In this document: in pieces, positions 31,130-40,377 of the stretch | How the letters are laid out: each line of letters opens with the position of its first letter | Numbering within the stretch: the first letter of the stretch is position 1 | Assembly: GCA_963664115.2 (NCBI GenBank) | Contig: CAXWPJ010000009.1 | Location: 96,001 to 160,000 of the forward strand | Length of the DNA: 64,000 bases | Source: Terriglobia bacterium | GTDB taxonomy: Bacteria; Acidobacteriota; Terriglobia; 20CM-2-55-15 | Reading direction: 5' to 3' | Position numbers and translations under genes: made by a program | Notes under the pieces: model-generated | Database searches by the model: none | What the model saw: the letters and a program-made list of their open reading frames with translations, nothing else | Told to the model about the DNA's origin: nothing

Positions 31130-32005
31130 ATGTATTCGACACGCACAGTTTTGCTACTTTTGCTGGTCGGCGGCCTAATGACTCTGCCTGTAAAGGCACA
31201 GGGTGGCCCGCCTTTGGGGATGGTTCTGGAGGCAAGCGGTACGGTTGAAATTGAACGCGACGGGGTCCGCGACGGAGGGCGTCTGGCTGATCTTCTTTAT
31301 GCCGGCGACCGTGTCATCACCGGAACTGGGCAGATCTCATTCGTCTTTTGCCCAACCGAAAGCCGTATCAGTCTGGTCGAGAATGCAAGTATCGAGTTGA
31401 CTGAAACGGGGATAACGTCCCTTGACGGACCAGAACCGACATCGAATCCTGTTCCTTGCGTTTTACCCCAGGTGTCTCTTGGCGCCGAAAGCATGGAACG
31501 CGTTGGAGCCTTGCGTGGAAGGGGATATCCGGCCATCGAACTCTATCTGGGCGGACAGATCAGTCAAATCCGGCCATCGTTCCGCTGGGGAGCCCTCGAA
31601 GGAGTCGATTCCTATCATGTCTCGCTGACGACAGAAGACGGAGCTTTCGTTTGGGAGACCGATACCAGCGATAGTTCGGCAGTGTATCCCGAGTCAATGT
31701 CAGCGCTTGAGGACGGTCAGATCTATCGGTGGGAGGTCACCGCTCGTTCGGGAAATGACATTGTGGGTCAGCAGGCAGCAAACTTGACGGTTATGGGCAA
31801 CGCGTCGTTCGAGGAAGCAGAATTTGATGAAGCCCTCGTTCGCGCTGTTGCCCTTGAGAATGCCGGGTTTTATTCCGAGGCCGCGGCTGTTTATCGTCAA
31901 TTCCGTGAGAGCGAAGGTGACCGTATTGGTCGCCGTCTGGCCTGGCTCTATTGGAATTCAGGCCTGATCGCAGCGGCGAACGCGGAACTGGATCGCCTGC
32001 AGTAG
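31130..32005 (+). CDS. Exported FecR-like/DUF928-like protein
   Basis: Signal peptide, FecR-like SGTVEI..LYAGDRVITG, Ig-like PSFRW..YRWEV and a helical tail LENAGFYSEA resembling DUF928; GGAGG RBS. Confidence 0.6.
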   Translation: MYSTRTVLLLLLVGGLMTLPVKAQGGPPLGMVLEASGTVEIERDGVRDGGRLADLLYAGDRVITGTGQISFVFCPTESRISLVENASIELTETGITSLDGPEPTSNPVPCVLPQVSLGAESMERVGALRGRGYPAIELYLGGQISQIRPSFRWGALEGVDSYHVSLTTEDGAFVWETDTSDSSAVYPESMSALEDGQIYRWEVTARSGNDIVGQQAANLTVMGNASFEEAEFDEALVRAVALENAGFYSEAAAVYRQFRESEGDRIGRRLAWLYWNSGLIAAANAELDRLQ

Positions 32006-33844
32006 TTGATTCGAATGCCGAGTTTGAACAAACGGGCTGCGAGCCTGCTGGCGTGGATTTCGATCAGTGTCGCTGGCCTTGTGTTCGGCAGTGCGGTTCA
32101 AGAATCGTCGATCGGGAACTGGGTCGAACAGCGCACGTATGACCTGAGATTCGCTTATCGTGGATCACTCCCTCCTTCTACGGAAGCCCCTATTACGCTT
32201 CTGGCGATTGATGAAGAGTCTCTCGTCCGTCTGCCAGCTCCCCTCATGCTCTGGCATTCTTACTTTGCCCCAGTCATAGAAAAACTCGCCGAGAACGGTG
32301 CGGCAACCGTGGGTGTCGACTTCATCTTTTCCGACATCATTAACTTTGATCCCGACGGCCAGCGAGCGCTCAGTGCCGCTCTCCTGAGTGCAGGAACAAA
32401 TGGCATGCCGGTAGTGCTTGCCTATCGCGTGGGGCGACTTGGTGTCCAGCAGCCACCTGAAGCGATACGTTTTGCCGCACTGGCTGTCGGCCACACGGTT
32501 GCGTTTGCAAATTTGACCACCGATGACGACGATTTTGTCCGACGGCAGGAAATCGTAGCCCGCTCCGCAGATGCCTTCGAACCGAGTTTTGCATTGGCCA
32601 TCGCGCAAGCTTTCGCGAACAAGACGGATGGTGTCACACCAGTCAGCGATGAATCAAACGGGGCGGTCTTGATCAACTTTCGAGGACCCGAGCAATTTGA
32701 AAGAGTCTCGTTCGCCGACGCCGTCGAAGCCGCCAACGCGAACGATCTTGAATTCTTCAGACGCTTTACCGGCAGGATCGTACTGATCGGCCGGATCGGG
32801 GAAAGGGGCGATGAGGACTTCCATTCGACGCCGCAGTATTTCTGGGGCGACCGGTCGGACCCAAGCCAGCCACTGCGGACACCGGGCGTCGAAATCCACG
32901 CCAATACCATCACGACGCTCGTCGAAAGAGACGCGATCGTAGAAGTGACTTCAAATTGGCAGTGGGCGACGACGCTGGCGTTGGCCGCGACTGTGACTCT
33001 ACTCGGCCTTTACCTGTCGGCATCATGGGCCGTCGGGAGCAGTCTGATCCTTGTCGGGGGATTCGTTTTGATTGCATTCGCCTTGCTGTTTCCCCTGGGT
33101 TATTGGCTTCACATTGTCGCCCCGGTATCTGCGGCTGCTCTGTCGATGGGGTCATCCCAGGTGTGGAACTACGTTCGGGAGGGCCGCGAGAAGAGGTATC
33201 TGCGTAGTGTATTTAAACGATACGTCAACGATGCCGTCATCGAGAAAATATTGGAGTCTGCCGAAGGCCTTTCTCTCCAGGGCGAAACGAAAGAAGTCAG
33301 CGTCCTGTTTGCTGATATTCGGAATTTCACCTCACGCTCAGAGGGAATTCCAGCGGAAAAGCTCGTACTTCTGCTCAACCGGTATTTCGAAGGGATGGTC
33401 AAGGCGATACAGAGTAACGGGGGAATGATTGATAAGTTCATCGGAGACGGCATCATGGCCCTGTTCGGGGCGCCCCTGGAGGACAAAGACGCGCCATTGA
33501 ATGCGGTGAAAGCGGCACTCGACATGATTGCCGCACTGGAACAATTGAACAAAGATCTAGTCGAAGAGGGACTCGAACCGATCGGCATCGGTGTCGGTGT
33601 TCATACCGGTCAGGTGGTAATCGGAAATGTTGGATCGCCGGAACGGATGGAATATACGGCGATTGGAGATGTCGTCAATACAGCCTCGCGTATCGAAAGC
33701 CTGACTCGCAAGTTCGATGCAGATATCCTGATCAGCGCGGATACCTTCAGGGCGGTCGGGGAGGCTGTGCGAACCCATTATCGGGGATCGGCAGAGGTCA
33801 AAGGGAAAGCGCATCTCGTCGAAATTTATCAAGTATTGCCCTAG
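32006..33844 (+). CDS. CHASE2-domain class III adenylate/guanylate cyclase
   Basis: CHASE2 motifs LLAIDEES, DDDDFVRR and PGVEIHAN; 3 TM helices; cyclase motifs LFADIRNFT, DKFIGDGIMALFG and YTAIGDVVNTASRIE. Confidence 0.92.
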   Translation: MIRMPSLNKRAASLLAWISISVAGLVFGSAVQESSIGNWVEQRTYDLRFAYRGSLPPSTEAPITLLAIDEESLVRLPAPLMLWHSYFAPVIEKLAENGAATVGVDFIFSDIINFDPDGQRALSAALLSAGTNGMPVVLAYRVGRLGVQQPPEAIRFAALAVGHTVAFANLTTDDDDFVRRQEIVARSADAFEPSFALAIAQAFANKTDGVTPVSDESNGAVLINFRGPEQFERVSFADAVEAANANDLEFFRRFTGRIVLIGRIGERGDEDFHSTPQYFWGDRSDPSQPLRTPGVEIHANTITTLVERDAIVEVTSNWQWATTLALAATVTLLGLYLSASWAVGSSLILVGGFVLIAFALLFPLGYWLHIVAPVSAAALSMGSSQVWNYVREGREKRYLRSVFKRYVNDAVIEKILESAEGLSLQGETKEVSVLFADIRNFTSRSEGIPAEKLVLLLNRYFEGMVKAIQSNGGMIDKFIGDGIMALFGAPLEDKDAPLNAVKAALDMIAALEQLNKDLVEEGLEPIGIGVGVHTGQVVIGNVGSPERMEYTAIGDVVNTASRIESLTRKFDADILISADTFRAVGEAVRTHYRGSAEVKGKAHLVEIYQVLP

Positions 33845-33860
33845 CGTGCGGTCGGAAGGA

Positions 33861-36800
33861 ATGAGACACGAAATCCGGCAACAATTCGTTCTGCTCGTCC
33901 TCGTTTTGTTCGGAGGATTGGGTTGGCAGGGCTACGCCCAGGACACGTTGCAACTGGGCTATGGCGTGGTGCGTCTGGAGAGTGGGACGGGGGTTCCGGA
34001 ATCGACGGCCGTGGTTGGCCTGAAGAATGGCGACGGCGTTCTGGTGACCGAAGCCGGCATCGGCGCGGTGGAACCGATCGAGAGGGGCCGGATTTTTGTG
34101 GATGCCGCCCGAACCCAAACCCTATTAGCTCTGGTGAATCCGGGGACCGGCTCGGCGCTGGTGAACCTGGTGTTGCGGGACGGGAGCGGAACGACGGTGG
34201 GGGAAAAGAGCCTGCCGATAAACCCGGGTGAACACGTGCTCCAATTCGCGGACGAACTCGGAACCGGACCGGGGTTTGAGGGCAGCCTGACCTTTGAGAA
34301 TGGGGCCGGATTGGGAGCGACCGCAATCCGGTTGGGAACGAACGGATTCGGCGAACCCGTGTTTACAACCCTGCCGGTGGTGAATCTCGAATCCGAAGCG
34401 GGCACTGGGGAAACTGTGTTGCCGTTGGTGGCCGTTGGAGGCGGGTTCCGGACCCAGGTGATGCTAGTCAACCCCGGCGGGGAGAGTATTTCCGGGCGAA
34501 TCCGGCTCGCGGGATCGGACGGGACTCCGTTGGAAGTGGACTGGGACGGGGCGCCCGCTTCAGAGGCGAGCTATCAGATCGCCTCCCATGGGGTCTACCG
34601 GGCCGAGCTGAGCGGAGATGCGGGCGTGTTCGGGGTAGGGTATGCGCGGGTGACTCCCGAAGCAGGTGTGACACCATCGGCGAGTGCGGTGGTTCAACTC
34701 TGGAATGGGGAGGCGTTGGTGACCGAAGCCGGCATCGGAGAAGCGGCGGAAACCACCGCTGCGCGGATTTCGCTGGACAACGTGGGACGGCAAACCGTGG
34801 TGGCGATAGCCAACCGGGGGACGGCATCGGCGGCGGTGGAGTTCGTCCTCCAGGACCGGTTTGGAGCCGAACAGGAGCGGGAGACGCAGACCATTGCGGC
34901 CGGAGGATATTTTCTAGCGACGGCACAGGACCTGTTCCCCACCGTGGCGAGCGGCTACACCGGGCAGATTGAGATTCGGAGTTCGGTCCCTGTGGCACCC
35001 GTCACGCTGGGGTTCACCTTCAATACGCGGGGAGAGGTGGTGCTGGCGACGCTGCCGGTGGCCGATCTGACCGGGCCCCAGACCGCGGCGATGAAGGTGT
35101 TTCCGACGGTCGTGATCGGCGCTGGGTTTGAGACACGGATGGTGTTCCTCAACGGGGAGACGTCCCAAGTCGGGCTGGAGTTCTACGAAGCGAACGGGAC
35201 ATCGATGACCGTCCCGTTGGGTCTGGAGACCTCCAACCAGTTTACGTTCGACTTTGCGGCCAATGAAGGTCAACGTTTGTTCCCCGGCGATACAGCGACG
35301 GTCGCAACGCTGTCGCTGAGGGACCTGGTGACGAACCAATCGAGCGAGGAAGTCAACGTGAACGTCGACGGTTCTGTCCGTCTGCGGGTCCTGGTTCTCG
35401 ATAGCAGTGGGAAGTCACGCGACGATTTTGCTGTGACTTACAGCAGCCTCAGTACAGACATCGCGAGCGTAGACACAAGCGGAAACATCCAGGGCATCAC
35501 GACTGGCTTTTCCACTTTGACCCTTAGCTCGGGTAACGCGATTGCGACTGCAACCATTGCGGTAACCGATGTCGTATCCGGGGTTACGGGCTTTGATGCC
35601 ATTGGCGTCGCGCAGGATGAGTCGGGCACGCTGTACCTGGCCTCCAGTGAATCTCATACCGTACTGGCGGCCGCCGATCTGACCCAGGCACCTGAACTTT
35701 ATGCGGGCGTGGAGGGCAGCCCGGGGTTGAAGAATGCGGCTCGACTGGAATCTCAGTTCAGCAATCCCGCCTACCTGTCTTTCAGCAACGCCGAGGGCGA
35801 CCTCTATGTGAGCGACGGCTCGAACCATGTCATCCGCCGCATACAGCCTGGAAACGATGGGCAAGTGGAAACCCTCTCCGGAACGGGTGTGGCCGGAAAT
35901 GCCGACGGGCTATCGGCGTCGTTTGACAACCCTCAGGGCATCGCGCTCGACGGGCGGGGAAACATCTGGGTGGCCGATTCCGGAAACCATACGATTCGAC
36001 GGATCAACCTCGAGAGCGGCGAGACCGAAACTCTCGCGGGTTTGGCGGGCAACGCGGGTTTGGCGGACGGAGTCGGTTCGGCGGCACGGTTCAATACGCC
36101 GACTGGAATTGCACTCGAGGTCGAGTCCCTGGCCCAGCAGCTGCAGAGGGAACTCTCAGGAGACCCACCGCCTCCGATACGGATGCTCGTGACGGACTCG
36201 AACAACGGAGTGGTTCGCCGGGTCTGGGAGACGGGCCAAGTTGACACCATAACTTCGCTTGCCTCCGCTTCAGCGCTTCGAGCGGGTGAAGGGAATTCGA
36301 AAAGTTCCGCCGAATTGGCGGCAACAGCTCTGCAGTTTTCCGCGCCAGCCGGCATCGCCTCCGACGCGTTCGGAAACATTTACGTCACCGAGCCGGGCAT
36401 CGACCAGGTGCGTGTGATTCTGCCCAACGGCCGCGTCCGACGTCTGGGACAGCGAAACACATTTCAAGAGCCGCGTGGAGTGCTCGTCACCGACGATGGA
36501 AAGGTTCTCGTGTCCGACAGGCAGAGCCTGGCCCGGTCCATCGAGTTCGGGGCTCCGACAATCGGGAGCATCTCGCCCCTGAAAATCTTGAACACCGGCG
36601 GCGAGAGCGTGATCATTCGCGGGAGCAATTTCGCTCCCGGAACGCTGGTCCTCCTCGGCAGAGTCGGGATAGACGCCACAGTGGAGAGCAGCGGCCGCAT
36701 CACGTTCACGGCCCCTCCGGCGGAGAGCGGGATCCGGACCTTGACGATTCTGAACCGGGGAGGCGTCGCCCAGACCCCCCTCTGGGTCGATGCCGTGGGG

Positions 36801-38930
36801 CTCACCGAAACTGCGGCGGGCAATATCACAACCGTTGCCGGTGGCAGCGATTTTGTCGGTGACGGACTCAAAGCGCGCCAGGCGGCGATCGGCTCTCCTT
36901 TTGCCACGGCATTTGTTCGGGGCCGGGGCGCCATGCTGATCGTTGACCGCGGAAACAACCGCATCCGTCGCTACGACTTCAAGACGGGAATCATCACAAC
37001 GATCGCGGGCACCGGCGATCGGGAATCGTCCGGCGACGGCGGACCCGCCGTTGCCGCCGCCCTCAACAGGCCGGCCGATGTCCTCGTCGACCGGGTGGGC
37101 AACGTCTTCATAGCGGAAGATAGGGGACATCGCATCCGGATGATCGACGCGGCGACGGCCGTCATCACGACCATCGCCGGCACTGGAGCGCGAGGGTATT
37201 CCGGAGACGGGGGTCCCGCCGTTTCTGCGCAAATGTCACGACCTATAGCCCTCGCGCTCGATGCCGAGGGTCGTTTGCTGGTTGCCGAGTTTACGAACCA
37301 CGTCATCCGCCGAATCGATCTTTCTGACCAGACGATCTCCACGATCGCCGGAACCGGAGAACAGGGCTTTTCCGGTGATGGTGGCCCCGCAACGGCGGCC
37401 AAGCTGAACCTCCCCCAAGGGATTGTCCCCGATGCTTCCGGCAACCTGTTGATCTCCGACAGCAGGAACAATCGCATCCGTCGCGTGGACACCGGAACCG
37501 GTGTGATCACGACCATTGCCGGAACCGGAGAGCAGGACTTTTCTGGTGATGGTGGCCCCGCAACGGCGGCGAGCTTGAACCAGCCCGGTGGGATTGCCGC
37601 GGACGCAAGCGGAAACCTCTACCTGGCCGACCGCCGCAACAACAGGGTCCGCCGAATCGATAGCGAGACCGGTTTGATTTCAACGATCGCCGGCGGGGAT
37701 TCTCAGGGCTTTGCAGGAAACAATGGACCGGCGACGGACGCACTTCTGCACGGCCCTCAGAGCGTTACGGTCAACCGAAACGGTAATTTCATCGTCATCG
37801 CCGACACCCGCAACAACAGGGTCCGACGGGTGCGGGGGCGCGACGACAGCATCCGGACCCTGGCGGGAAATGGCGAGGCGCGAATCATCGGGGACGATGC
37901 TCCTGCCACCGCCGCGGGCCTCTACGGGCCATCGGACCTGGCATTCGACTTATCGGGAAACCTGGTTGTGGCCGACAGGTATAATCATCGCGTTCGCTCG
38001 ATTGATTCGGGCTCCCGGAGGATCACCTCAATCGCTGGGGGCGGGAACGAAGGGCTGCGGGCCGGTCGCGGCAGCGGCGGCTATGGGGGGGACGACGGGC
38101 CTGCACTCGACGCTTCGCTGGACGAACCAAACGGGGTCTTGATCGACGCGGCGGGAAATGTCGTGATTGTCGACCGCAGAAACAATCGCATCCGGGAGGT
38201 CGACCGGGCGACGGGAAACATTCGGACGATCGCGGGCACCGGGGGGCAGGGTGATTCTGGCGACGGAGGGCCAGCCGTCGAGGCCGAAATCTTCGAGCCG
38301 AGGGGCATCGCCTCAGACAGCGCAGGGAACCTGTATTTCAGCGACACCGGGAATAACAGGGTGCGCCGGATTGATCGGGAGACCGGCGTGATCACGACAG
38401 TGGCCGGTAACGGGCCAAGAGGCTTCTCGGGAGATGGTGGATCGGGGGTCGAGGCCTCCCTGGATGGTCCCGTGGGACTCGCCTTCGACGCGGCTGACAA
38501 TCTTTTCATCGCCGACGTTTTCAATCACCGGATCCGAAGGGTGGATGCCGTGACGGGCGTGATCACGACAGTTGCGGGGAGCGGCGCAGTCGGACGCGGT
38601 GAAGGGAGCTTCTCTGGAGACGAAGGTCTTGCGACCGAAGCCCAGCTCAACTTCCCCATCGATGTCACCGTAGATACGGCCGGCAACTTGTGGATCGCCG
38701 ACTTCCTCAACAACAGAGTGCGACGCGTCAGCGGCACAACCGGCCTCATCACGACAGTGGCCGGAAGTGGACCGTTCGGTTCGAGGGTGGAGGCTTCCGG
38801 AGACAACGGCCCCGCGACGTCGGCCACGCTAAAGTTTCCCCGAGCCGTGGTTCTCGACTCGAACGGGAACCTGTTCATCGCGACCTCGGCCGGCCGCGTT
38901 CGGGCTGTCCGCGGGATCGGGAATCAGTGA
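33861..38930 (+). CDS. Giant exported NHL-repeat (teneurin-like) protein with Ig-like and IPT/TIG domains
   Basis: Signal peptide, repeated beta-sandwich modules, IPT motif (IIRGSNFAPGT) and about 12 repeats of roughly 56 aa (ITTIAGTG..GFSGDGGPA..A.LN.P). Confidence 0.88.
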   Translation: MRHEIRQQFVLLVLVLFGGLGWQGYAQDTLQLGYGVVRLESGTGVPESTAVVGLKNGDGVLVTEAGIGAVEPIERGRIFVDAARTQTLLALVNPGTGSALVNLVLRDGSGTTVGEKSLPINPGEHVLQFADELGTGPGFEGSLTFENGAGLGATAIRLGTNGFGEPVFTTLPVVNLESEAGTGETVLPLVAVGGGFRTQVMLVNPGGESISGRIRLAGSDGTPLEVDWDGAPASEASYQIASHGVYRAELSGDAGVFGVGYARVTPEAGVTPSASAVVQLWNGEALVTEAGIGEAAETTAARISLDNVGRQTVVAIANRGTASAAVEFVLQDRFGAEQERETQTIAAGGYFLATAQDLFPTVASGYTGQIEIRSSVPVAPVTLGFTFNTRGEVVLATLPVADLTGPQTAAMKVFPTVVIGAGFETRMVFLNGETSQVGLEFYEANGTSMTVPLGLETSNQFTFDFAANEGQRLFPGDTATVATLSLRDLVTNQSSEEVNVNVDGSVRLRVLVLDSSGKSRDDFAVTYSSLSTDIASVDTSGNIQGITTGFSTLTLSSGNAIATATIAVTDVVSGVTGFDAIGVAQDESGTLYLASSESHTVLAAADLTQAPELYAGVEGSPGLKNAARLESQFSNPAYLSFSNAEGDLYVSDGSNHVIRRIQPGNDGQVETLSGTGVAGNADGLSASFDNPQGIALDGRGNIWVADSGNHTIRRINLESGETETLAGLAGNAGLADGVGSAARFNTPTGIALEVESLAQQLQRELSGDPPPPIRMLVTDSNNGVVRRVWETGQVDTITSLASASALRAGEGNSKSSAELAATALQFSAPAGIASDAFGNIYVTEPGIDQVRVILPNGRVRRLGQRNTFQEPRGVLVTDDGKVLVSDRQSLARSIEFGAPTIGSISPLKILNTGGESVIIRGSNFAPGTLVLLGRVGIDATVESSGRITFTAPPAESGIRTLTILNRGGVAQTPLWVDAVGLTETAAGNITTVAGGSDFVGDGLKARQAAIGSPFATAFVRGRGAMLIVDRGNNRIRRYDFKTGIITTIAGTGDRESSGDGGPAVAAALNRPADVLVDRVGNVFIAEDRGHRIRMIDAATAVITTIAGTGARGYSGDGGPAVSAQMSRPIALALDAEGRLLVAEFTNHVIRRIDLSDQTISTIAGTGEQGFSGDGGPATAAKLNLPQGIVPDASGNLLISDSRNNRIRRVDTGTGVITTIAGTGEQDFSGDGGPATAASLNQPGGIAADASGNLYLADRRNNRVRRIDSETGLISTIAGGDSQGFAGNNGPATDALLHGPQSVTVNRNGNFIVIADTRNNRVRRVRGRDDSIRTLAGNGEARIIGDDAPATAAGLYGPSDLAFDLSGNLVVADRYNHRVRSIDSGSRRITSIAGGGNEGLRAGRGSGGYGGDDGPALDASLDEPNGVLIDAAGNVVIVDRRNNRIREVDRATGNIRTIAGTGGQGDSGDGGPAVEAEIFEPRGIASDSAGNLYFSDTGNNRVRRIDRETGVITTVAGNGPRGFSGDGGSGVEASLDGPVGLAFDAADNLFIADVFNHRIRRVDAVTGVITTVAGSGAVGRGEGSFSGDEGLATEAQLNFPIDVTVDTAGNLWIADFLNNRVRRVSGTTGLITTVAGSGPFGSRVEASGDNGPATSATLKFPRAVVLDSNGNLFIATSAGRVRAVRGIGNQ

Positions 38931-39014
38931 TTGAATGGCGTCAGCCCGGCGCCGTGGCCATGTTGGCGTCGGCCATGCTGGGCGTTCGAGCAACTGTTTG
39001 TTAGGATTTAAACC

Positions 39015-40373
39015 ATGATCCGCACATTGAAACGTACCGCTTCCGTCTTCTTCATGCTGGCAGTCGTCCTGGCTCTGCCGGCCCAGGATACCGACTCGGA
39101 ACCGTCTCTCTCGATGCCCGCTCCCCTCGTCTACGAAGAACATCAGTTGAGTAACGGGCTGAGCGTCATCACGCATGAGGATCACTCCGCACCCGTCGTG
39201 AACGCCCAATTGTGGTATCACGTGGGCTCCAAAAACGAAGTCGAGGGACGAAGCGGATTTGCCCACCTGTTTGAACACCTGATGTTCCAAGGCTCGGAGA
39301 ACGTGGCCCCCGAAGAGCACTCCGCACTGATTAATGGCGTTGGCGGCGTCATGAACGCCTATACCAGCGATGACGTGACGGTTTACTGGGAAACAGTGCC
39401 GTCCAACTACCTGGAACGGGTGCTCTGGCTTGAAGCCGATCGAATGCGCTCGCTCGACGTGTCGGAGGAGAACTTCTCTTCAGAGCGGGAAGTGGTGAAG
39501 GAAGAACGCAGGGTGCGGGTGGAGAGTCCACCCTACGGCGACCTGTTCGAAACACTCTATGCAAGCGCATTCGACGTTCACCCATACGGCCATACGCCAA
39601 TCGGAAGCATGGAAGATCTCGACAACGCGACGATAGCCGACGTCCGCGATTTCTACGAAACCTACTACGTGCCGTCGAACGCTTACCTGATCCTCGCGGG
39701 GGATTTCGAAACCGAGCAGGCGATGGTCTGGATCGAAGAGTACTTCGGGGACATTCCTGCCGGACAAGATCCGGTTCCGAGGGTTACAGTTCGAGAACCC
39801 GCCCATGACGCTGAGCGCCGCGTTGCACGGGAAAAGGCGGTACCGCTAGCGGCATACGTGGCGGGCTATTACGTCCCGGAAGACGGGCATCCCGATTCGT
39901 ATCCCCTAGTGATCGCTTCGAGTATTCTTGCCGAGGGGCGCAGCTCGCGCGTCTATACATCCCTCGTGTACGAAAGCCAACTCGCGCTCCAGGCCGACTC
40001 TGGAGCGAGTTTCCGCGAACACCCCAACCTGTTCTTCGCCTTCCTGATCATGAACCAGGGAGCGTCGATCGAGGACGGTGAAGCCCGATTGAACGCCGAA
40101 TTCCAGCGCATGATGGAAGAGCCTGTGACCGAAGAAGAATTGGAAAAGGCCAGAAATCAGATGCGAGCCTCCTACATCATGGGACGGCAATCGGTGCAAG
40201 ACAAAGCCGGCGCCCTGGGCCACGCCGCGGTAATCCACCAGGACACGGCATCGGCAAACGACGAACTGGAGCTCTTTCTGAACGTAAGCGCCGAAGACAT
40301 CATGCGCGTGACCCGGCAATACCTGAACCCGGAAAACCGGACGGTCCTCACCGTTGTGCCCCCGGGAGAATAA
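39015..40373 (+). CDS. M16 family zinc peptidase, catalytic subunit
   Basis: Inverted zinc motif HLFEH, NAYTSDD and EREVVKEERR. Confidence 0.92.
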   Translation: MIRTLKRTASVFFMLAVVLALPAQDTDSEPSLSMPAPLVYEEHQLSNGLSVITHEDHSAPVVNAQLWYHVGSKNEVEGRSGFAHLFEHLMFQGSENVAPEEHSALINGVGGVMNAYTSDDVTVYWETVPSNYLERVLWLEADRMRSLDVSEENFSSEREVVKEERRVRVESPPYGDLFETLYASAFDVHPYGHTPIGSMEDLDNATIADVRDFYETYYVPSNAYLILAGDFETEQAMVWIEEYFGDIPAGQDPVPRVTVREPAHDAERRVAREKAVPLAAYVAGYYVPEDGHPDSYPLVIASSILAEGRSSRVYTSLVYESQLALQADSGASFREHPNLFFAFLIMNQGASIEDGEARLNAEFQRMMEEPVTEEELEKARNQMRASYIMGRQSVQDKAGALGHAAVIHQDTASANDELELFLNVSAEDIMRVTRQYLNPENRTVLTVVPPGE

Positions 40374-40377
40374 GACT

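Noticed and set aside
36820-38880. Periodic repeats of about 168 nt as a possible CRISPR array
   Set aside because: They are degenerate in-frame NHL coding repeats, not identical repeats with unique spacers
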